26,075 nucleotides of DNA from a virus (taxonomy: Duplodnaviria > Caudoviricetes). Below are positions 8,058 through 16,208 of this stretch, in pieces; position 1 is the first letter of the stretch, and each line of letters begins with the position of its first letter. The DNA lies in IMG/VR virus record IMGVR_UViG_3300017700_000645, positions 1 to 26,075 of that record. The stretch is one strand, 5' to 3'. Under the pieces are notes generated by a model. That model was not told where the DNA came from. It was given only the letters and a program-made list of their open reading frames with translations, and ran no database searches. Both the position numbers and the translations under genes were made by a program.

Positions 8058-8270
8058 TTATTTCTCTATCTCGCTCACAACGAGTTCAATCAGGTCCATA
8101 CACAAATCACGAGCCTTGTGAGGTCCAAAACCGGATCGTGTCTGTATCTGGACTACGACGCCAGTCAGGCCATGTTCGCACTGAACGACGCCATAGTCAG
8201 GCCCGTTCGTGTGCTGGCCGCCTTTATGAGACGATATAAACGTGAACTCGACCTGAGATCGAATATCCAT
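8058..8270 (-). CDS. minimal class-1 release factor-like GGQ domain protein (peptidyl-tRNA hydrolase domain)
   Basis: SSHKGGQHTN...H.LTGVVVQIQ...HKARDLCM aligns by eye to the RF1/RF2 catalytic domain pattern SGAGGQHVN...HIPTGIVVQCQ...HKNxxxAM; TAATG coupling to the upstream HTH gene. Confidence 0.75.
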   Translation of the reverse strand: MDIRSQVEFTFISSHKGGQHTNGPDYGVVQCEHGLTGVVVQIQTRSGFGPHKARDLCMDLIELVVSEIEK

Positions 8271-8455
8271 TACGCCCTCGCAGACGGAAAAGGCTGGATA
8301 GACATCGCTAGCCTCACAGCCACGGCGGCAGGGCCGCTAGGCCCTTTCGTCGCGTAGTTCTGTGCGGTCTTAGGTGATACGCCAAGCCACCGGCCCGCTG
8401 CGAGTTGCGACAGGCCGAGCGTTGCGATGGCGGTGCGGTATTCTTTCGCGTCCAT
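8270..8455 (-). CDS. small HTH transcriptional regulator
   Basis: MDAKEYRTAIATLGLSQLAAGRWLGVSPKTAQNYA, XRE-like HTH. Confidence 0.8.
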   Translation of the reverse strand: MDAKEYRTAIATLGLSQLAAGRWLGVSPKTAQNYATKGPSGPAAVAVRLAMSIQPFPSARA

Positions 8456-8712
8456 CAAACTAGTTCCAGATCGGCGCAAGGGAACACTTCGCTGTTTTCA
8501 TCGCTGGCAAACAGTTTGCCATTCAGTTTCCACATGCGGTTTAGGGTAAACTCATGGCCATACTGCCGCCAGAACGCACCCTTGTCGCCTACGGATTGCG
8601 TTAAGCGAACTCGGTCTCCCTGGAAAAATGGTTGAGCCTCGCTACGCTCTTGCTTGTAGCCGCGCCTCGCAATGTTACCCGAGAACATGACGTTGTTGTG
8701 TGCAGAGGTCAT
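8455..8712 (-). CDS. hypothetical protein, SH3-like
   Basis: FQGDRVRL...FPCADLELV pattern; GGAAGGA RBS. Confidence 0.7.
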   Translation of the reverse strand: MTSAHNNVMFSGNIARRGYKQERSEAQPFFQGDRVRLTQSVGDKGAFWRQYGHEFTLNRMWKLNGKLFASDENSEVFPCADLELV

Positions 8713-8761
8713 CTGTCTATTTCCTTCCGGCTAGTGCTTGATTGCCCTGCGCCGATGACTC

Positions 8762-8789
8762 AACATACACCTGCGCACATATTACGCAA
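8762..8789 (-). promoter_or_regulatory. sigma70-like promoter TTGCGT-N16-TATGTT
   Basis: Intergenic; followed by GAGTCATCG, as in the similar TTGCGT promoter near 8025-8053. Confidence 0.5.
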
Positions 8790-8803
8790 TAGCCTTTGTG
8801 GAT

Positions 8804-9238
8804 TTATTTCGCCTGGATCGACGCCAGCACCTTAAGCTGTTCGTCCGACAGACCCGACACATCCAACGTCGTCGCGCTCTGTATCGGCCCGCCGTCTGCG
8901 CCGGTTAGCTCCGTGGTCTGGCGATCAGCCCAATCGTCGCGGCCCATGTTCTTAAGGCCAAACGTGATCATCGTCGCCTGACCATTTCCGCCGCCATTCT
9001 GCGCGACTTCCCGGCCGCGCGCCTCCCACCATGCGCCACAAGCAGCCTTCCCCGCATTAAGCGCTTCTAAAAAATCAGGATGCGCGGCGGCCCAAACATT
9101 GATCGTCGCCCGCGAGACTCCAATCGAGGCCGCAAACGAAAGCACGGACGCGCCGTCTTTCATGTGTTCGATGAGCCGGTCGCAATATGCCGGATCGTAT
9201 TTTGTGGGTCGTCCTAGGGGCTGCGTCTGATCGGTCAT
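8804..9238 (-). CDS. terS: terminase small subunit
   Basis: GRPTKY N-terminus, HTH (IGVSRATINVW...HPDFLEA), FGLKN and ELTGADGGPIQ C-terminal motifs typical of TerS (ORF track extends to a TTG at 9247). Confidence 0.8.
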   Translation of the reverse strand: MTDQTQPLGRPTKYDPAYCDRLIEHMKDGASVLSFAASIGVSRATINVWAAAHPDFLEALNAGKAACGAWWEARGREVAQNGGGNGQATMITFGLKNMGRDDWADRQTTELTGADGGPIQSATTLDVSGLSDEQLKVLASIQAK

Positions 9239-9278
9239 CTGCGTCAATCCTATCGTGAGTTTCGCTTCGACACCCTGG

Positions 9279-9413
9279 TCAGTCGTCAGTGTCCCGTCAT
9301 GTCTGAGTTAGCCCTTTATGGGCTACCAGACTGACGACACTGACGCAAGGGGGTCTATGCGAGTTTTTTAAAAGGTCTTCAGTCGTCAGTGCGTCGTCAG
9401 TGCAGTCGTCAGT
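9279..9413. repeat. iteron-like GTCGTCAGT repeat cluster, putative replication origin
   Basis: GTCGTCAGT at 9282, 9382, 9393 and 9405 (+) and 9330 (-), a partial copy at 9339 (-), central hairpin TAGCCC-tttat-GGGCTA (9309-9325) and a T6A4 tract; directly downstream of the primase-helicase. Confidence 0.7.
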
Positions 9414-11420
9414 CTAAAACGGCGAATCATCGTCAGCGTAGGCCTCTGTCGTGAGTGCATCGTTGATGGATTGGCGCGCGGAGTGGACGAAAATGACCTT
9501 ATTCCGGTTTTGGGTGTCTTCCTTCAGGACAAGAATTTCTGACCTTATCCACCGAGAAATCATGTTCCTGATCTCCTTGCGGTGTTCGACCTCATCAATC
9601 CCCATGACGCGAGCGACGGCGAACCCGAACCAATCGCCTGGAACCTGACCGCTTCCCGTCCAGTATCGAAGGGTCTGATTGTCCTCCGCGATACGCTGAT
9701 CGAGTTCAGCGGCATTGTCTGGCCACAGGTTCGCGGTCATGGATTTGGGCGGTTCGTATTTGTCCACGACGCCCACCATGTCACCTGGACGCAGCTCGCT
9801 AGCGTTGCCGAGAGGGACGCTGACGAGTTTGCGCCACACGGCCCGACCGTCGCGCTTGGCGAGGTTGGCCTTACCCATGTCCACGTTGAAATATGAGAAA
9901 CGGTCAGCGGATGCTATTTTGGCTTCGGTGGCCTCTTCCTCGCTCATGACGTTGAGGACGCGTCCTGATCGAACGCCAGCGGTCAGAGCGCCAGCGCCGC
10001 GAGCGTCGTGAATGTCAGTGCGCGCGTTGGAACCGCCGCCTGGTTTGCGGACGTGGTGAACGAGTTCGATGGCGCAGTTGCAGCGATCCGCGACGATGCC
10101 GAGACGCTTGACGATGGCGTCAATGGCCCCGTTGTCGTTCTCAGGGACCGAGTGGATACTGACGAACGGGTCTAGAACCAGAACGTCGATGCCCCGCGCC
10201 TGGATGGCCTGCTCTATGGAGAGGAACAGTCCTTCATGGACATCGAGATCACCACGGACCATGGCTGCGAGTTTGATCGCCATAGATCGGCCTGAGTCGA
10301 TCCAGAGGTTGGCGGCGAACTCTTCCGGCCGGAGATTGTGATGAGTTGCCGCTGCGACGATGCGACGGGTGTTCTCGTCCTGAGGGTCTTCACCGTTCCA
10401 ATACCAGACCTTAAGCGGCCCCTCGTAAATTTCCTCGCCTAGCAGAGGCTTGTTAGCAGCCATGGCGAGAGCCTCGACCATGACCATAGACGACTTGCCG
10501 AGACCGCCAGGGCTGACGGTCATGCTGACGAATTTGCGATATAGGTGGTTGCCGTAGATGACGGCGCGTTGGGGGATGCTTTTAGGCTCGACCCACTGAA
10601 ACGGGGTGGGGGTGACCTTGGGGACGGAATGACTCTCGGTCAGGCCGATAGTCATTGGTTCAACCGGATAAAGCGCCATATCCTGCAACGCCTCGACCGT
10701 GCCTCCAGCCGTCAGCCAATCGGACGCGTCCTTATGCGGCGCGGGCATGGAAATGTGCGTCACGTCGGCAATGGCCTGTGAGACCCGATCCCGCCACTTA
10801 GCGCCGGTCGGATCATTGTCAGCGATAGCTATGACGGTGCGTCCGTCGAACCACTTGCCGAAGTCAGGAGTCAGGGGGAAGGCTGAACCGCCACCTGGGG
10901 CAGTCGTCGCCAGCAGTCCGAGGGCTGACAGATTATCGGCGTCCTTCTCGCCCTCGACGAGCCAGATTGTCTCGTCAGGACGGGAGATGATGTCGGGCAG
11001 GCGGTAGGGAACGGGTGGGCCAGAGGGTTTTTTAGGCTCCCATCCGTCAATCTCCCAATGCGATTGGGAAAACGTCTTATCGGACTTGCGGGTGACGCGA
11101 AGATACGGCTCGCCGTGTTCGTCATGATAGACGTAATGACAGACGATTTTCGGCTTGTTCATGATCGGATGCAACCTGTCGGTCTTGGTGGGTTGCCACT
11201 CGGGCAGGCCGAGCTTGGAGCGGACGTGATCGCGGCAGGCTATGGGGTCGTCATCCGAGAAGCTGTTGACGACGAAACCCTCTGGTGCATCGGGGTCCAG
11301 CATGACGGAAAGGCTGCGGTCTCTTGCACTATGGCCAGGACCAGGGCAGACTATTCCGTTCGGCGTTACGTCGCCCCCCAATGACCGAGCCGCATGTGTG
11401 CGGTCGATGTAGTGGCTCAT
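9414..11420 (-). CDS. primase-helicase (N-terminal CPGPGH domain, TOPRIM, RepA-like AAA_25 helicase)
   Basis: CPGPGH..DRSLSV, TOPRIM VEGEKDAD and ADND, Walker A SPGGLGKS, Walker B VLVLDP, HHVRK. Confidence 0.9.
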   Translation of the reverse strand: MSHYIDRTHAARSLGGDVTPNGIVCPGPGHSARDRSLSVMLDPDAPEGFVVNSFSDDDPIACRDHVRSKLGLPEWQPTKTDRLHPIMNKPKIVCHYVYHDEHGEPYLRVTRKSDKTFSQSHWEIDGWEPKKPSGPPVPYRLPDIISRPDETIWLVEGEKDADNLSALGLLATTAPGGGSAFPLTPDFGKWFDGRTVIAIADNDPTGAKWRDRVSQAIADVTHISMPAPHKDASDWLTAGGTVEALQDMALYPVEPMTIGLTESHSVPKVTPTPFQWVEPKSIPQRAVIYGNHLYRKFVSMTVSPGGLGKSSMVMVEALAMAANKPLLGEEIYEGPLKVWYWNGEDPQDENTRRIVAAATHHNLRPEEFAANLWIDSGRSMAIKLAAMVRGDLDVHEGLFLSIEQAIQARGIDVLVLDPFVSIHSVPENDNGAIDAIVKRLGIVADRCNCAIELVHHVRKPGGGSNARTDIHDARGAGALTAGVRSGRVLNVMSEEEATEAKIASADRFSYFNVDMGKANLAKRDGRAVWRKLVSVPLGNASELRPGDMVGVVDKYEPPKSMTANLWPDNAAELDQRIAEDNQTLRYWTGSGQVPGDWFGFAVARVMGIDEVEHRKEIRNMISRWIRSEILVLKEDTQNRNKVIFVHSARQSINDALTTEAYADDDSPF

Positions 11421-11596
11421 TTTCCAAGCGCCTTACGCGCCCTGACGATACGCATAAGCGACGGCCTGTCGATATGCCACTTGCCTGCCTCGAAACGGCC
11501 GATGCTGAATTTCTCGCACCACTCGCGAATAGTCTCGGCTGAAACACCAGCCAGAACGGCAGCGCGGCGAAGGGTTGTGATTTCTTTTCTGGACAT
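11417..11596 (-). CDS. small excisionase/MerR-like HTH protein
   Basis: TLRRAAVLAGVSAETIREWC...GKWHIDR; real start most likely ATG 11596. Confidence 0.75.
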   Translation of the reverse strand: MSRKEITTLRRAAVLAGVSAETIREWCEKFSIGRFEAGKWHIDRPSLMRIVRARKALGK

Positions 11597-11621
11597 GGGT
11601 TGATTTCTGCGCCGGGAAGCG

Positions 11622-11642
11622 TAGGTTGTCAACCTAGGTTGA
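11622..11642. promoter_or_regulatory. overlapping palindromes in a divergent intergenic region (operator candidate)
   Basis: TAGGTTG-T-CAACCTA (11622-11636) overlaps the perfect palindrome TCAACCTAGGTTGA (11629-11642). Confidence 0.55.
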
Positions 11643-11661
11643 AATGATGGAGAGAAGAAAG

Positions 11662-11820
11662 ATGACGGAAAAAGATCAGGCCATTGAGGAGATGACATGC
11701 ATCGTGCTTGGATGCGTCGATACGATTTATGGTGCAAAGGAGCTTGCCGTAATCATCGTTGAGATGCAGGGCCAAATTGCCGAATTGCGTCGCCGCACGG
11801 TGAACGTGAGCGACCAATGA
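11662..11820 (+). CDS. small hypothetical protein (52 aa)
   Basis: Manual translation MTEKDQAIEEMTCIVLGCVDTIYGAKELAVIIVEMQGQIAELRRRTVNVSDQ; GATGGAGAGA RBS; ATGA coupling to the exonuclease. Confidence 0.7.
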   Translation: MTEKDQAIEEMTCIVLGCVDTIYGAKELAVIIVEMQGQIAELRRRTVNVSDQ

Positions 11821-12506
11821 CCATCACCATCCACCGAGACCTAATCCAAGGCTCCGAGGAATGGCACCTGGCCCGTCTTGGCCTGCTGACGGCTTCTGAG
11901 GTGAAGCACATCCTTACACCCACACTGAAGGTCGCGGATAACGAAAAGACCCGCACTCACGTTTGGGAACTCGCCGCGCAACGTATCAGCCAGTATGTCG
12001 AACCGTCTTACATCGGGGATGATATGCTGCGCGGATGGGAGGATGAGATTCTAGCCCGCGTTAAATACGAGGAACACACTGGGCAAGCGGTCGAAGAGGT
12101 CGGCTTCATCACGAACGACAAGTGGGGCTTCACGATTGGCTATAGCCCTGACGGCTGCGTGACTGGCACGAAAGGCGGCATTGAGTGTAAGAGTCGCCGT
12201 CAGAAGTTCCAGGTGCAGACGATTGTCGAATGGCACCGGGATAAGGTCGTGCCGGTTGACTTCATTCTGCAATGTCAGACCGGCCTATTGGTGGCCGAAT
12301 GGGACTGGCTGGACCTCGTGTCCTATAGCGGAGGGCTGCACATGGCCGTGATGCGCGTCTATCCTGACGCGAAGGTGCAGGAGGCTATCGTCAGCGCCGC
12401 GACCGCGTTCGAGGAGAAGGTTGCGGCGGCTGTGGATGACTATGAAAAGGCGTCCGTTGGCTTGGTGCTGACGGAGCGGAAGATTGAGCAGGAGATGCAC
12501 GTATGA
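11817..12506 (+). CDS. YqaJ/lambda-type 5'-3' exonuclease
   Basis: QGSEEWHLARLGLLTAS, GYSPDG, IECKS, QCQ motifs. Confidence 0.92.
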   Translation: MTITIHRDLIQGSEEWHLARLGLLTASEVKHILTPTLKVADNEKTRTHVWELAAQRISQYVEPSYIGDDMLRGWEDEILARVKYEEHTGQAVEEVGFITNDKWGFTIGYSPDGCVTGTKGGIECKSRRQKFQVQTIVEWHRDKVVPVDFILQCQTGLLVAEWDWLDLVSYSGGLHMAVMRVYPDAKVQEAIVSAATAFEEKVAAAVDDYEKASVGLVLTERKIEQEMHV

Positions 12507-13198
12507 GTCGGATTCGCGTTGTCGATTTCGAGACCACAGGCCTAGAGCCGCCAGAAGGCGTGGTGATTGAGGTTGGATTTTCTGACTACGACACAGAGAC
12601 GGGCGACATCACGGTCCCGGTTTCGTGGCTTTGTGGTGCTGATGTAATTCCGCCTGAAAATCGGGCCGTGCACCATATTCGGCCTGATGAGGTGAAAGAT
12701 AAGCCCCGTTTTGATGCCGAGGCCCTGTCGCAAGGTCTGCGCGAGGAGTGCGCCGCTGTCGCTGCTCACAACATGAACTTTGAGCAGCAATGGCTAGGCG
12801 ATCACGGTGTTCATGCGATCTGCACCTATAAGGCCGCTCTGCGTGTCTGGCCTGACGCTCCGTCGCACTCTAACGGAGCGCTCGCCTATTGGCTGGAAGA
12901 TCAGGGGAAGATCACTTTCGACCACGCTTTGACCGTCCCGACGCACAGAGCCGGTCCCGACGCCTATGTGACGGCTCATATTTTGAAAGCGCTGTTTGCG
13001 GCCGGAACGACCGGCAAGGATATGATTGCCTGGACGAAAGAGCCGAAGCTGTTGCCGCGTGTGAACTTCGGTAAGCACAAGGGCGATGCGTGGAACAAGA
13101 TTCCATCCAGTTACCTCGCATGGATCGTCGGATCAGATATGGACGATGACACCAAGTGGAACGCTAAACGAGAAATCGAAAGGAGAAATGAACGATGA
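12503..13198 (+). CDS. DEDDh 3'-5' exonuclease, ExoX-like
   Basis: VVDFETTG, AHNxxFE, HRAGPDAYVT, C-terminal FGKHKG..W..IP.SYL.W domain. Confidence 0.88.
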   Translation: MSRIRVVDFETTGLEPPEGVVIEVGFSDYDTETGDITVPVSWLCGADVIPPENRAVHHIRPDEVKDKPRFDAEALSQGLREECAAVAAHNMNFEQQWLGDHGVHAICTYKAALRVWPDAPSHSNGALAYWLEDQGKITFDHALTVPTHRAGPDAYVTAHILKALFAAGTTGKDMIAWTKEPKLLPRVNFGKHKGDAWNKIPSSYLAWIVGSDMDDDTKWNAKREIERRNER

Positions 13199-13815
13199 CT
13201 CAAGATATGAGGACGGCCATTCAGCCGAAGTCAGACCAACTCAACGCGGATGATTTTGTAGGAGGTGCGCGCACCGTCCGCATTACTGGCGTGGACATCA
13301 AACCTGGCGAACAACCGATCAGCGTCCACTTTGAAGGCGACAACGGCAAGCCGTGGAAGCCCTGCAAAACAACGGCCCGCCTGATGGTCGCGGCATGGGG
13401 ACCAGATGCAAGCCAATACAAAGGCCGGTCTCTGACGCTGTATCGAGACCCATCCGTGAAGTGGGCTGGCCTTGAGGTCGGCGGCATCCGTATCAGCCAC
13501 ATGAGCCACATCGACGCGGACATGATCTATGCCGCAACAGTGACGAAGGGGAAGCGCGCACCTATCCGCGTCAAGCCGCTTAAGGCCGAAGTCGTTCAGG
13601 TGAAGCAGCCCGACGCCTTCGACATCCTCGCCTTCATGGGCGAGATCGAAAACTATCTGTCCACCGCCTGCGATCCCGACGAACTGCAAGCCTGGTGGGA
13701 TGAGCGCAAGCCCGACCGCATGAAGGCAGGCGCAGCAGACAAGGCAGCAGCCATCAAGATCGCTGAAACCGTTAAAGCAAAGATTGCCGCACTTCGCGGT
13801 GAGGGAGAAGTTTGA
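13195..13815 (+). CDS. conserved phage protein (PKSDQLNADD family), candidate ssDNA-annealing/binding protein
   Basis: PKSDQLNADD...KPWKPCK...GGIRISHMS; lies between the exonucleases and ssb. Confidence 0.7.
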   Translation: MTQDMRTAIQPKSDQLNADDFVGGARTVRITGVDIKPGEQPISVHFEGDNGKPWKPCKTTARLMVAAWGPDASQYKGRSLTLYRDPSVKWAGLEVGGIRISHMSHIDADMIYAATVTKGKRAPIRVKPLKAEVVQVKQPDAFDILAFMGEIENYLSTACDPDELQAWWDERKPDRMKAGAADKAAAIKIAETVKAKIAALRGEGEV

Positions 13816-13817
13816 AT

Positions 13818-13985
13818 ATGGCTGTCGAAAATAAGCTTGAAGTCGAAGTTATAGCCTTTCGGGACAAACACGATATTTCTTGTCCCGAAACTATCTACCA
13901 GACTGATAGAGTTATCGTTGACGCATACGAGTTCATTGAACGACTGGTCGAAATTGTCGGCTACAAAGAAGAAGAGGAAGAATAG
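13818..13985 (+). CDS. small hypothetical protein (55 aa)
   Basis: Manual translation [55 protein letters not shown]; fills the gap before ssb. Confidence 0.75.
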   Translation: MAVENKLEVEVIAFRDKHDISCPETIYQTDRVIVDAYEFIERLVEIVGYKEEEEE

Positions 13986-13987
13986 TA

Positions 13988-14428
13988 ATGGCTGGATCAG
14001 TCAATAAGGTCATTCTGGTCGGTAACCTGGGGCGTGATCCCGAAATCCGATCCATGCCGAATGGTGATCGCGTCGCCAATCTGTCCGTCGCCACGTCGGA
14101 AAGCTGGAAGGACAAATCAACCGGAGAGCGCAAGGAAAAGACCGAATGGCACCGCGTGTCGATCTTTAACGACAACATCGTCAAGGTCTGTGAGTCGTAT
14201 CTGAAGAAGGGATCGACCGTCTATATCGAAGGATCGCTTGAAACCCGGAAGTGGACCGATCAGCAAGGCGTCGAGAAATACTCTACGGAGGTGAAGCTAG
14301 GTCGGTTCAACGGGGTGCTGACGATGTTGGGTGGGAAGTCGGAGGGTGGAGAACGTGCGCGCGAACCTGAACCGCAAGAGCCTGCTAAGCCCTATCAAGA
14401 GTTTGACGACGACTCGATCCCATTCTAG
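13988..14428 (+). CDS. ssb: single-stranded DNA-binding protein
   Basis: [19 protein letters not shown]...TEWHRV...DDSIPF; alphaproteobacterial-type N-terminus. Confidence 0.97.
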   Translation: MAGSVNKVILVGNLGRDPEIRSMPNGDRVANLSVATSESWKDKSTGERKEKTEWHRVSIFNDNIVKVCESYLKKGSTVYIEGSLETRKWTDQQGVEKYSTEVKLGRFNGVLTMLGGKSEGGERAREPEPQEPAKPYQEFDDDSIPF

Positions 14429-14772
14429 CCGCCCGCTATCTCCAACGCCTCACTAATCGACCGAGCCAATCCAGCCCGACCGCCTAGTGATCGCACCATC
14501 TGAATATAGGCCGTCTGAGCATCACTCGGACGGCCTTTTTCAGTCTTGACCTCGATAGCCACGAACGCGCCATCACTGGCGCAGCCGATCAAATCGCTAA
14601 CGCCCTCAGGGACGCCAACGAAAGGCTGAGCGTGTTTGATGGTGACCGACCCGTCATTGTGGCGTTGTGTCGGTCCTACCCATCCCCGGCCTGCGTTGAC
14701 GCGCACGAGCCTGTGGCCTGCCTGGGACAAGGCGACCTGTATTTCCCGCATCAAGCGGCCTTCGGGCGTCAT
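14425..14772 (-). CDS. VRR-NUC domain nuclease
   Basis: GVSDLIG...[19 protein letters not shown]-(D/E)XK motif; start ATG 14772. Confidence 0.88.
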   Translation of the reverse strand: MTPEGRLMREIQVALSQAGHRLVRVNAGRGWVGPTQRHNDGSVTIKHAQPFVGVPEGVSDLIGCASDGAFVAIEVKTEKGRPSDAQTAYIQMVRSLGGRAGLARSISEALEIAGG

Positions 14773-16208
14773 GCTGCTATCTTCGCGGACGTATAGGCTT
14801 CCATCGCCTTGGAATAGGTCACCGGCTTGCCGATAGCCTTCATGCGCTGGATGACCCACTGAGGCTTGTAACCGCGTTCAACGGCGAGCTTGGCGACCAT
14901 ATCAATGTCGCGGGCCTGACGTGTTTCCGTGCGCTGTTTGGCCTGTCTCTGTATCTCCGCAAGCTCGCCTTCGATCTCTTCGACCTTACGTGGCTTTACG
15001 GTGCGTTCGGATGAGCAATAGGGGCAGGCTGACAGGGTGGCACGATAGGAGCCAAAGCACGACTCGCACAGCTTCACATCGAACGACGGAACGCCATCCT
15101 GAGCCTTGCCCTTTCGGCCCTCTAACGACCATTCGTGATCGTCGTCAGGAAAGCCGTGGTTGACCGTCCCGTCTGAGTTCATGATGATGTTGACGTGATC
15201 CAGAATGATCGCGTCGTCTGGCTTCTTGCGGAGGGCGCGGCCCATCATCTGACGGGCGCGGGGCAGGCTCTTGGTCGGGTTCAGAAGTTGAACGCACTGG
15301 ACCGGCACATCACGGCCCACCTGGGCTGACAGGTCAAAGCCCTCAATGGCCAGGTTGATGGACACGAGAATGAGGGCGCGACCGTCCGCGAACATTTCGA
15401 TACGTGCGCGGCGCTCTCCGTGCGGCGTGGTGCCGTCGATATAGACGGCGGGGATGCCAGCCGCGTTGTAAGCGTCGGTGACGTGCTGACCATGCTGGCG
15501 AGAGATGGCGAACACCATCGTGCGCTTGCCGGATGCATACTTGCGCCAAGCCTCGATTGCATCGCCGTGAATGGCTGGCTTGTCAAAGCGGTCTTCTAGC
15601 TCGCTGGGGACGTAATCGCCCATGCGTGAACCGATGCCTGACAGATCGGGTCTGACGGGTGCATACGCCCTATAGCCCGACAGGTGGCCTTGCTCGATCA
15701 ACCATGACTCGGACGGCCCCTCAACAATGGCGTCGAACATGGACAGCGACTTGCCATCGAGACGTTGCGGCGTGGCAGACAGACCGACGACCTTAGCGCC
15801 CGCATCCTTCGCGGCCTGGATAAGATCGGCGCGTGTTCGGCTGGCCCATAGGTGCGACTCATCCGGCACGAAAAGCGACGTGTCCTTGAGGAGTTCGGGG
15901 CGGTTCCGAAGTGTGTCCGCGCTGGCAATCTGAGCGATGGCGAAGGGGTTGGCGGGACGACCGGCCGCGATAAATCCGTATTTTATGCCGAACTGATCGA
16001 ATGTCTTGGCGGTCTGTAGCGCCAACTCGACACGGTGCACGCCAAATATCACGCGCTTACGCCGCAACGTGGCCTGTTGTGCCATATAGCTGGCCACCAC
16101 CGTCTTACCCATGCCGGTTGGACCCCGGAACAAGATCGACTGATGCTCGCGCAAGGCCTCCCGCATATCCGAGACGGCCTTCATCTGGTCGGGCCTGAGT
16201 TCGATCAC
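14769..16208 (-). CDS. SF2 (DExH) helicase with C-terminal zinc ribbon
   Basis: LRPDQ, GPTGMGKT, DESH, GLSATP, EGFD, QMMGRALR, CESC..CPYC; likely GTG start at 16208. Confidence 0.92.
   Translation of the reverse strand: MIELRPDQMKAVSDMREALREHQSILFRGPTGMGKTVVASYMAQQATLRRKRVIFGVHRVELALQTAKTFDQFGIKYGFIAAGRPANPFAIAQIASADTLRNRPELLKDTSLFVPDESHLWASRTRADLIQAAKDAGAKVVGLSATPQRLDGKSLSMFDAIVEGPSESWLIEQGHLSGYRAYAPVRPDLSGIGSRMGDYVPSELEDRFDKPAIHGDAIEAWRKYASGKRTMVFAISRQHGQHVTDAYNAAGIPAVYIDGTTPHGERRARIEMFADGRALILVSINLAIEGFDLSAQVGRDVPVQCVQLLNPTKSLPRARQMMGRALRKKPDDAIILDHVNIIMNSDGTVNHGFPDDDHEWSLEGRKGKAQDGVPSFDVKLCESCFGSYRATLSACPYCSSERTVKPRKVEEIEGELAEIQRQAKQRTETRQARDIDMVAKLAVERGYKPQWVIQRMKAIGKPVTYSKAMEAYTSAKIAA

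Noticed and set aside
8155-8203. Imperfect direct repeat GGCCTGACT(AT)GGCGTCGT inside the GGQ gene
   Set aside because: Two short copies, partly explained by repeated GVV codons; no evidence of function
8058-8270. GGQ protein as a sign of stop-codon reassignment
   Set aside because: Core genes are intact in the standard code and end in TAG, TGA and TAA; the protein has no codon-recognition domain
9279-9413. CRISPR array or mini-array
   Set aside because: The repeats are only 9-13 bp, in mixed orientation and with irregular short spacing; no cas genes
14425-14428. ssb and VRR-NUC stop codons sharing CTAG
   Set aside because: Convergent 4-bp overlaps are common in compact phage genomes
7009-14772. 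Methyltransferase plus VRR-NUC as a restriction-modification system
   Set aside because: The genes are far apart, and VRR-NUC next to a helicase is a standard phage replication/resolution arrangement
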